Source: Candidatus Aenigmatarchaeota archaeon
GTDB lineage: Archaea; Aenigmatarchaeota; Aenigmatarchaeia; QMZP01; QMZT01
Assembly: GCA_043808015.1 (NCBI GenBank)
Contig: JAZDFI010000029.1
Location: 7,003-71,002 of the forward strand
Direction of reading: 5' to 3'
Length of the DNA: 64,000 nt
Within the stretch, counting starts at the first letter, position 1. Every line of letters starts with the position of its first letter. Of this stretch, positions 57,151 to 64,000 are shown one piece after another. The notes under the pieces were generated by a model. The model did not search any database and was not told where the DNA came from. It saw nothing but the letters and a program-made list of their open reading frames with translations. Both the position numbers and the translations under genes were made by a program.

Positions 57151-58245
57151 TTATGCGTGGACCATTAACGTTCTTATTTTGTCAGATAAGACGTATTGGA
57201 AGCTCTTGCCGCGCCTTTTTCTGATGATTGTGCCGTCTTTCACCAGCCTTTTGAGTATGTTGTTTATCGATCTAATCGCGTTGTCCTTGCTCTTGTAATC
57301 TTCCATGTCCATCTTTTCAACAATCTCGGTTGGTGTCATCTCACCATATTTCCACAGTGTTTCGATTATGTGTTTCTGTTTCGATGGCAAATTGTCAAGC
57401 GAACCGAGTGAAATTCTTTTTGGTGAATGATGCATCACGTGTGAAAACTCGCTTTCTCTCAGGAAGTTGTGGTCTATTGTGGATACGTTATTTTCCATCG
57501 CCTTCTGAACAAGATCGTTGCACAGTCTTATGACTTCCCTCGGGAAGCCGCCGCTTTTTTCGTATATCTCTTCCACAGTTTCCGATGTGAATGGCTTTAT
57601 ATCTTCGCCGCCGGCCCATTCTATGCGTCTCTTTATCAGTTCTCTGGTTTCGGTTTTGGTGAGATTTGTGAGCTCAATTTTCGTGCTCATTCTACGAATG
57701 AATGTTTCAAGCTTGTCTCTCAGTACGTTCTCTAGAATAGGAAGGCCTGCAATGACCACTGTGAGGTTTTCTATCTGATCCGTCAGCGTCCGCAGCCATT
57801 CAAGCGTTTCTGTGCTGGCTTCGTGACTTTCATCGACAAAAAGCGCTATCTTTCTGTTCTTTGTTTTTTTGTTCACCCATTCACTAAGGTTGTATATGTT
57901 AACTTCACTTCTGCGTGAAAATAGCCTTTCGAACGTTCCTGTTCCTATGAAGTTGGTGAAGATCTTCACCCAGTCGTCCTGATTGCTCGGTGGCTTTGAC
58001 AAATAGAAAACCTTTCTCTGTTTTTCGAAAGATTTTGCGAGAAATTTGAGAAGGGTCGTTTTGCCTGAGCCCGTGGGGCCTATAAGAAGGGACATTTTAT
58101 CCTCGCTGCTTATGCTAGAAGCGAGTTTTTCCAGTTCCTTGCCATGTCCCACGTACAGACCGGGCATTATCTTGAAATTGAATGGATTTTCTTTCCACTT
58201 GAACATCTTCATGTATTTTTCATCCAAGTTCATGCTGAAGTTCAT
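57151..58245 (-). CDS. Archaeal AAA+ ATPase (arch_ATPase-like) with C-terminal winged helix
   Basis: FVGHGKELEKL followed by Walker A LLIGPTGSGKTT, Walker B LFVDESH, and a C-terminal wH. Start uncertain (58245 or 58233); the upstream extension of the listed ORF looks non-coding. Confidence 0.55.
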   Translation of the reverse strand: MNFSMNLDEKYMKMFKWKENPFNFKIMPGLYVGHGKELEKLASSISSEDKMSLLIGPTGSGKTTLLKFLAKSFEKQRKVFYLSKPPSNQDDWVKIFTNFIGTGTFERLFSRRSEVNIYNLSEWVNKKTKNRKIALFVDESHEASTETLEWLRTLTDQIENLTVVIAGLPILENVLRDKLETFIRRMSTKIELTNLTKTETRELIKRRIEWAGGEDIKPFTSETVEEIYEKSGGFPREVIRLCNDLVQKAMENNVSTIDHNFLRESEFSHVMHHSPKRISLGSLDNLPSKQKHIIETLWKYGEMTPTEIVEKMDMEDYKSKDNAIRSINNILKRLVKDGTIIRKRRGKSFQYVLSDKIRTLMVHA

Positions 58246-58368
58246 AATTTCATATAATTCGTGAATGAATTTAAAAGCTTTTCGTGAAGGTCGTGTAAAT
58301 CGTGTGAAAATGTAGTGTGATATATGTGAAATGACAAACAATTTATATAATGGCGGCATATTCATCTA

Positions 58369-58917
58369 ATGAGATGCTTTATATCAATAGATGTTGATGA
58401 TCGCCTCAAAGAAAGCATTTTGCAGATTCAGAAAAATATTTTAAATTTGGGCGTTGATGTGAAAATGGTAGAACCACAAAACCTCCATTTCACCGTCAAT
58501 TTTTTGGGTGAACTGGATGAAAATAAAATAAGCAACGTGAAGAAGCAACTTGACTACGTGAAGGGTGCATGTGAATTTGAAGTGAATGTCGCGGGTCTGG
58601 GATATTTTGGAAATGAAAATAACATAAGAACGCTTTGGTTGGGCCTGAAAGCTGGTGAACGTGAATTATCTGACTTGATGTCGGATGTAAATGAATGTGT
58701 GAAAATCGGCGAGAAATGCACAAAACCTCATCTTACAATAGGAAGGGTTAGAAGTGGTTCCGGCAGAAAGGATTTGCTCGACTTTATAAAAAATCACTCA
58801 GATGTGAACATAGGTGAAATGAACGTGAAGTGCGTGAAGTTGAAAAGAAGTGATCTTGGCGCCAGTGGGCCGATATACGATGTTTTGTACGATGTTAAGT
58901 TGGTTTCGCATGAATGA
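58369..58917 (+). CDS. ligT: 2'-5' RNA ligase / 2H phosphoesterase (LigT/ThpR)
   Basis: Two H-x-T-x motifs (HFTVNFLG and HLTIGRV) at the right spacing in a 182-aa protein. Confidence 0.75.
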   Translation: MRCFISIDVDDRLKESILQIQKNILNLGVDVKMVEPQNLHFTVNFLGELDENKISNVKKQLDYVKGACEFEVNVAGLGYFGNENNIRTLWLGLKAGERELSDLMSDVNECVKIGEKCTKPHLTIGRVRSGSGRKDLLDFIKNHSDVNIGEMNVKCVKLKRSDLGASGPIYDVLYDVKLVSHE

Positions 58918-59296
58918 AAAGACGCTGACAAAAATATCAGTAGTTGGATCTGTGTTAAGTATAATTTTACTGTATTTTATGACTCTGAACATCATTCCTG
59001 AGGGAATGGCTATCGGTAATCTTGATCGATCATTAATTGGCAGAAGCGTTAGCATAACCGGAAAAATAACTTCACTCTACGTGAACAACGGTAACATGTT
59101 CATGAACGTCGCTGACGAAAGCGGTGAAATAAAGGCAGTGTTATGGAAAGATACTCTGGAGATGATCCGTATCAATGACATTAATCCTGATACATTCGAA
59201 GTCGGTAAAAAAATAGACATAACAGGTGAAATCCAGGAATATAAAGGGGAACTTGAAATAGTGCCTGTGAAAGGCGTTGTGAAGCTGGCTGATTGA
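58910..59296 (+). CDS. Membrane-anchored OB-fold protein
   Basis: N-terminal hydrophobic anchor, then OB-fold-like beta region (VSITGKITSLYVNNGNMFMNVADESGEIKAVLW). Start overlaps the ligT stop. Confidence 0.45.
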   Translation: MNEKTLTKISVVGSVLSIILLYFMTLNIIPEGMAIGNLDRSLIGRSVSITGKITSLYVNNGNMFMNVADESGEIKAVLWKDTLEMIRINDINPDTFEVGKKIDITGEIQEYKGELEIVPVKGVVKLAD

Positions 59297-59297
59297 A

Positions 59298-60341
59298 TCA
59301 TATGCTAGTGCTGGCGCTCTTCACGAGCTCGGTCACCAATATCACGGCATTCTTCACGTCATTCATGTCTGCTACCTCTGTTGGTGTGTGAAGGTAACGT
59401 GAAGGTGTCAATATTGCGATGGATGGTATGCCTTCCCTTATCATCGGTGTAACAGACGCGTCGGTCGCTCCTCCTGAAAGGATGTCGAACTGGATTTTTA
59501 TTTTGTTCTTTTTAGCTACATCTTCAACCCATTCCTTCATCTCGCTTTGTATTATGCTGATAGCATCTTTCACTACAAGGACTGGACCCAAACCCATTCT
59601 GGCAGGGGCTTCGTATGGCTTTAACTCGGGCGTGTCGCCAGATGTGGTGGTATCGAGTGATATTACTACATCCGGATTTATGCTGAAAGCCGAACCCCTC
59701 ACGCCAACAAGGCCTATTTCTTCCTTGACCGTGCCGACGGCGTAAACCGTGCCTTTGAATTTCTTCAGATTTTTCATGACTTCTATCATGACTAGGCAGC
59801 CAATTCTGTCATCAAAGCCGTGAGCTGTTATCCTAGAACCATTTAGTTTGTTGAACTCTCCATAAATCGTTATGAAGTCCCCCAATCTTATGCCAATTGC
59901 TGCAACTTCTTTTTTGTTTTTGGCGCCTATGTCTATGAACATGTCGTTCAACTTCACGATTTTGTTCACGTCTTCTCTGTCCTGCAGATGAATCGGTTTC
60001 GAGCCAATGACACCTATGACCGGGCCTTTCGTGCCATGTATTTTGAACTTCTGCGAAAGCAGAACTTTCGGGTCCCAGCCACCGACTGGCTCGAATTTTA
60101 TGAAACCGTCTTCATCGATGTATTTGACCATCAGGCCAACTTCGTCCATGTGGGCGGTGAGCATGACTTTTGGCGAACCAGACCCCTTCTTGCAAATCAG
60201 GTTGCCTATCTTGTCAATCTTTATTTCATCAACATAAGGTTTGATTTCTTTCGATATCAAATCCCTTATATTTTTTTCGTAACCCGAAATAGATGCTGAA
60301 TCGACAAGTCTTTTTAATAAATCTTCCATTTTCTCACCCAC
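59298..60341 (-). CDS. M42-family (TET/FrvX) aminopeptidase
   Basis: VMLTAHMDEVGLMV, GFDDRIG and other M42 metal ligands. 347 aa. Confidence 0.85.
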   Translation of the reverse strand: MGEKMEDLLKRLVDSASISGYEKNIRDLISKEIKPYVDEIKIDKIGNLICKKGSGSPKVMLTAHMDEVGLMVKYIDEDGFIKFEPVGGWDPKVLLSQKFKIHGTKGPVIGVIGSKPIHLQDREDVNKIVKLNDMFIDIGAKNKKEVAAIGIRLGDFITIYGEFNKLNGSRITAHGFDDRIGCLVMIEVMKNLKKFKGTVYAVGTVKEEIGLVGVRGSAFSINPDVVISLDTTTSGDTPELKPYEAPARMGLGPVLVVKDAISIIQSEMKEWVEDVAKKNKIKIQFDILSGGATDASVTPMIREGIPSIAILTPSRYLHTPTEVADMNDVKNAVILVTELVKSASTSI

Positions 60342-60389
60342 ATAAGTCTAATAATAAAATATTGTAAGGCGTCCTATAAATCTGTTGTT

Positions 60390-61664
60390 TTAAACAATAT
60401 CCTCTTTTGACAGGATGCCCACCGGCGTTGACTTTATCATTTCCTTTTCCATGCCTATGAGGAACTTCACGCCTTTCTTTCTGGCTATCATATCCAACCT
60501 GTAGTCGACTTTTCCGTCGAATATGACCGCATACGGGTTATCGAGCGTTTTCAGCGTGTTCTGCAGTTCCTTGGTAGGAACCTTTCCTAGCAGGTTGAAT
60601 GATGAATCGAATATGCAAGCCGCCCTGGTGCCGATGAGCTCATCAAGTGTTTTTTTGAAATTCTTTTTCTGCTCGTCGGTTATCATCACTTTTCTCACAA
60701 GCGATGACTGCTGCGTTCTGAAGTCCCTTTCCCTGTTGTCATCGATACTCCTATCAATATTCCTTTCCTGTATGTGTTCCGGTCGCTCTTGCGGCCTGTC
60801 GCGCCTTTCGAAATTGTTATTGCTTTGGGGCCTGTCATTCTTGCCTTCTACCTTGAACTGCGAGGCCGATACTTTGTCCCTCAATGCCTTGAAAACTTCC
60901 TTCTTTGAAAGCTCCTCCACTTCCTTGCCTTCCGGGGCAATGGCGACAAAGTCGACTTCCGATGTTTCCAGTAGGCTCTTCAGGTTAAGGCTGCCGCCCC
61001 TGTCTCCGTCGAAGAACGCGGTTAACGTCTTCTCTCTGGAGAGGCTCACTATCTGAGGCGGTATTGAACTGCCCTCTATTGCTATTACATTTTTTATGCC
61101 GAATTTGATGAGGTTTATTACATCCGCTCGCCCTTCGACGACTATTATTTCCTCGGACTCCATTATGCCTGGACCGCATGGCAATCCCTGCCAAGTCGTT
61201 ATTTCATAAGCCTTTATTTCCTGCTTTATTTCTTCCGCCATTCTGCTCGTGTCAGGAATGCCTTTTTCGAGAAGTTCTTTCAGTATCGCCTTCGCCTTTT
61301 CGATGACAAATTTCCTTTTAAGTTCTCTTGTGTCCTCAACTGATTTAAGTATAATTTTAGCTATGCACGGGCCTACCCTTTCTATAGTTTCCAGCGTAGC
61401 CGCTATCAGAGCGGTCTCGGCCGAATCAAGAGATGAAGGTATTATCACTTCACCGTGCGATTTGCCCTTTTCCGAGTTTATGTTGACTTCTATCCTGCCT
61501 ATCCTGCCTGTCCTCTGCAACTCTCTCAAATCAAGGTCTGGACCGAGCAATCCTTCTGTCTGCCCAAAAATAGCTCCTATCACATCAGGCTTTTCTATTA
61601 CTCCCTGAGCATCTATCTCTGCTTTTACCACGTATTTTATCGAAGTTGGTGCAAGTTTTGACAT
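60390..61664 (-). CDS. dnaG: Archaeal DnaG primase-like Toprim protein
   Basis: Conserved N-terminus KAEIDAQGVIEKPDVIGAIFGQTEGLLGPDLDLRELQRTGRIGRI and central Toprim (IIVVEGRADV...DGDRGG). Confidence 0.85.
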   Translation of the reverse strand: MSKLAPTSIKYVVKAEIDAQGVIEKPDVIGAIFGQTEGLLGPDLDLRELQRTGRIGRIEVNINSEKGKSHGEVIIPSSLDSAETALIAATLETIERVGPCIAKIILKSVEDTRELKRKFVIEKAKAILKELLEKGIPDTSRMAEEIKQEIKAYEITTWQGLPCGPGIMESEEIIVVEGRADVINLIKFGIKNVIAIEGSSIPPQIVSLSREKTLTAFFDGDRGGSLNLKSLLETSEVDFVAIAPEGKEVEELSKKEVFKALRDKVSASQFKVEGKNDRPQSNNNFERRDRPQERPEHIQERNIDRSIDDNRERDFRTQQSSLVRKVMITDEQKKNFKKTLDELIGTRAACIFDSSFNLLGKVPTKELQNTLKTLDNPYAVIFDGKVDYRLDMIARKKGVKFLIGMEKEMIKSTPVGILSKEDIV

Positions 61665-62043
61665 GAAAATCATCCTCCACTACTGACATCTTCTCCGGGC
61701 TGTTTAAAGCTCCGAAGTCTTCTATCTTGTTTTTGCCAAATTCCATTAGTTTACACCTTAGCTTTGTGTTTGGCTGTTTGCCAAATCTCTGGAGCAGGGT
61801 TTTCAGTTTCCTTTCCAGCATCCTGCCCTTTTTATCGAAATCCGTCAATATTACTATTGGCTTTTGTGAGTTCGACGCGACCTCTGCCACTTCGTAAAGT
61901 GGCCTGCCATTGATCGCAATAATATCTTTCAGGCCAAGGCTTTTTAAAGCTTTTTCATCCCAGCCACCCTCGACAATAACTAGCGCGTCTTTCAGGTCGT
62001 CCAGTATATTTTGCAGTCTCTCTTCATCGATTTTTGTTTTCAT
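61585..62043 (-). CDS. Small Toprim-domain protein
   Basis: LVIVEGGWDEKAL...IVILTDFDKKG Toprim motifs. Its 3' end overlaps the dnaG 5' end by about 80 nt in another frame. Confidence 0.55.
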   Translation of the reverse strand: MKTKIDEERLQNILDDLKDALVIVEGGWDEKALKSLGLKDIIAINGRPLYEVAEVASNSQKPIVILTDFDKKGRMLERKLKTLLQRFGKQPNTKLRCKLMEFGKNKIEDFGALNSPEKMSVVEDDFHVKTCTNFDKIRGKSRDRCSGSNRKA

Positions 62044-62879
62044 GCAAAAGCATCCACTATATCCCTTTGCGTTATTATGCCCACAAGCTCCTCGTCGTCT
62101 ATCACCGGCAGCCCGCCCACGTTCATGCTAGTCATGAGGCTTACTGCATGCGCGACGTCCGCGCCGCCGCTGATAGTGACTGTTTTTCTCTTCATTATGT
62201 CTTCGATTCTTGTTTTATCCGAAAAGAAGCCTGAATATTTGCCCTTCAGCTTAAGGTATGACAGTATATCGACAGGCGTGACCACACCCAAAAGGATGTT
62301 ATTCTCCACGACCGGAAGGCGCCTGGTTCCGCCTTTACACATCATCCTAGCCACGTCATAAACAGTGTAATCTCTCCTGACGAATGTTGGCCTCTCTACC
62401 ATGACTTCACGCACTTTCACGCCGGTATTTTCTTTCACTAGCTTCATGAAATCCCATTCTGAAACTATCGAAACTAATTTTTTAGAGTCGACTACCGGGA
62501 AGAAACCCATTTTTTCATGCCTGAAAACATTCAGCGCCTTTCTTATGCTGGTCGTGTGATGGATCGTCCTGACGTGTCTGGTCATTATGTCGCTTATCTT
62601 CATGTCAATCCTTTCCCTGTTAATTTTGAAGATGCTGTGCTTTTCACCGCCGCCGAAGAGGTCGAGAATGTCAATCGAAGAGACGATACCCTTCAGATGG
62701 CCACTTTCGTCTATTACCGGCATTTTCCTTATGTTTTTGCTTATCATCGCCCCCAGGACATCGACAAGTTTGGCATTTTCATGAGTAGCCAGGGGTTTGG
62801 ATGATATTTCGGTTACCGGCTTGCCGGAATCTATGATGTTTTCCAAACTTATTCTATTCCCACCCATGCGACCACCCAC
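62040..62879 (-). CDS. CBS-domain (x4) protein
   Basis: Four CBS repeats. Stop overlaps the start of the small Toprim gene. Confidence 0.7.
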   Translation of the reverse strand: MGGRMGGNRISLENIIDSGKPVTEISSKPLATHENAKLVDVLGAMISKNIRKMPVIDESGHLKGIVSSIDILDLFGGGEKHSIFKINRERIDMKISDIMTRHVRTIHHTTSIRKALNVFRHEKMGFFPVVDSKKLVSIVSEWDFMKLVKENTGVKVREVMVERPTFVRRDYTVYDVARMMCKGGTRRLPVVENNILLGVVTPVDILSYLKLKGKYSGFFSDKTRIEDIMKRKTVTISGGADVAHAVSLMTSMNVGGLPVIDDEELVGIITQRDIVDAFA

Positions 62880-62919
62880 CAGACACTTTATTTTAAGCCG
62901 GCCTTAATAAATAATTTAT

Positions 62920-64000
62920 ATGGCATGCGAAAGTGTGATTGCGGCGGTTCTCTCGGAAATAACTCCAAGCCAAAAGGAAAGGGATGAGTTTTCGGACGTT
63001 CTGGGTCTGATAGAAAACGCAGCCGACGTGATCATAAAACCCCTACGACTAGAAAAAACAATAGCCGGCTCTTTCATACGCGATACGTGGCTTGCCGACA
63101 AAAAGGAAATGGACCTTTTCATCATGTTTCCTGTTTCATATTCAAGAGAGCGGCTGGAAAAGACGGGTCTTGAGGTGGGCAAAAAAATAATCAGGAAACT
63201 CAGAGGGAAATATGCGATTGCATATGCTGAGCATCCATACGTGAAAGGCGTCGTTAAAGGATTTTCTGTCGATATCGTTCCATGCTACAAAGTGGAGTCG
63301 GCAAGCAAGATAAAATCCGCGGTTGACCGCACTCCTTTTCATAACATGTATATATTGGAAAACCTGAAGCCTGCGATGGCGGCGGACGTGCGTTTACTAA
63401 AACAACTCTGCAAGGCGATGGATGTTTACGGCTCGGATATAAGAACGCTGGGTTTTTCCGGATATCTCTGCGAATTGCTTGTCATAAATTACAAAAACTT
63501 CACTGGCCTTGCAGCCGCGGCCAGCAAATGGAAATACGGCACATTCATCGACCTCCAGAAGCACGGCGCTCCGCCTTCGTCTGAGCGCTTCAAAGGTCAG
63601 CCACTGGTTGTCATAGACCCGACGGATCCTAAAAGAAACGTCGCTGCCTCTTTATCCGAGGAAAACTTCCTGAAATTCATTGATGGCTGCAGGAATTTCA
63701 TAAAAAAGCCGTCGAAAAGCTTTTTCCAAATAAAAAAAATTCCGCTTAAACCATCGGAACTCGTAAGGGCGCTGAGAGCCAGGAACACTGAAGTCCTGAT
63801 TGTAGAATTTAAAAGGCCGGACGTGGTGGATGACATACTCTGGTCCCAGATGAGGAAAACTGCATCGCGTCTAAAAAAACTCATGCAAGAGAATGATTTC
63901 AGCGTTACTGGTCATGACGTTTGGAGTGATGAGAAAAAATCGTATTTTATGTTCGAGCTGAATAAATGGGAACTGCCGGAACTGATGAATCTGGTTGGGC
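62920..64000 (+). CDS. cca: Archaeal class I CCA-adding enzyme (tRNA nucleotidyltransferase), partial (C-terminus beyond window end)
   Basis: Translation from the ATG at 62920 gives MACESVIAAVLSEITPSQKERDEFSDVLGL...IAGSFIRDTWLADKKEMDLFIMFP...VDIVPCY, the Pol-beta-like nucleotidyltransferase motif (GS...D.D) of archaeal CCA enzymes. Open to the window end. Confidence 0.75.
   Translation, partial: MACESVIAAVLSEITPSQKERDEFSDVLGLIENAADVIIKPLRLEKTIAGSFIRDTWLADKKEMDLFIMFPVSYSRERLEKTGLEVGKKIIRKLRGKYAIAYAEHPYVKGVVKGFSVDIVPCYKVESASKIKSAVDRTPFHNMYILENLKPAMAADVRLLKQLCKAMDVYGSDIRTLGFSGYLCELLVINYKNFTGLAAAASKWKYGTFIDLQKHGAPPSSERFKGQPLVVIDPTDPKRNVAASLSEENFLKFIDGCRNFIKKPSKSFFQIKKIPLKPSELVRALRARNTEVLIVEFKRPDVVDDILWSQMRKTASRLKKLMQENDFSVTGHDVWSDEKKSYFMFELNKWELPELMNLVG

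Noticed and set aside
57151-58365. Possible Orc1/Cdc6 plus origin (ORB repeats) interpretation of the AAA+ gene and its AT-rich upstream region
   Set aside because: The N-terminus (FVGHGKELEKL then GPTGSGKTT) fits the arch_ATPase (PF01637-like) family better than Orc1/Cdc6. I could not find the long ORB-type inverted repeats. The repeated GTGAA units are short and extend into coding DNA.
1-64000. CRISPR arrays, IS elements or integrases, prophage remnants
   Set aside because: No direct-repeat and spacer periodicity, no transposase or integrase-like ORFs, and no tRNA-adjacent att-like duplication were seen. The tRNA at 44370-44476 is flanked by ordinary genes.

Overview
The window is a compact archaeal chromosomal segment of roughly 48% GC with frequent 4-10 nt gene overlaps. 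It contains ribosomal proteins found only in archaea and eukaryotes (L15e, L21e, S17e, S26e) together with RadA, RPA, archaeal DnaG, an ATP-dependent DNA ligase, ABCE1, the RtcB/archease pair, Pus10, archaeal-type GlyRS and PheRS alpha/beta. I did not see rRNA, CRISPR arrays, integrases or transposases. Most genes are housekeeping: ArgRS (partial), GlyRS, PheRS alpha/beta, PPDK, a CCA-adding enzyme (partial), TatD, IMPase, CutA, UMP kinase, riboflavin kinase, MinD, a Lon-like peptidase, an M42 peptidase and a 2H phosphoesterase. Two RNA genes are visible, an SRP (7S) RNA and a tRNA-Arg(CCU) that carries a 33-nt insertion in its T-loop.

The accessory content is cell-surface and envelope machinery that I consider the most interesting part. 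First, a 1247-aa protein has a class III (type IV pilin-like) signal peptide followed by a vWA domain interrupted by a PA14-like insertion. It is transcribed divergently, 36 bp away, from an ESCRT-III (CdvB-like), Vps4 (CdvC-like) and 573-aa unknown operon. Second, there are two separate FlaI/TadA-family secretion ATPases, a TadC/FlaJ-like platform split into two ORFs, two adjacent Pilin_N genes and a further pilin-like glycoprotein, with no archaellum genes. Third, a pair of large (577 and 588 aa) uncharacterised proteins and two tandem small paralogs lie between the riboflavin kinase and the TrmB regulator. Several palindromic candidate operator sites are also present. All product calls rest on motif recognition by eye from the translated ORFs; no database search was run.
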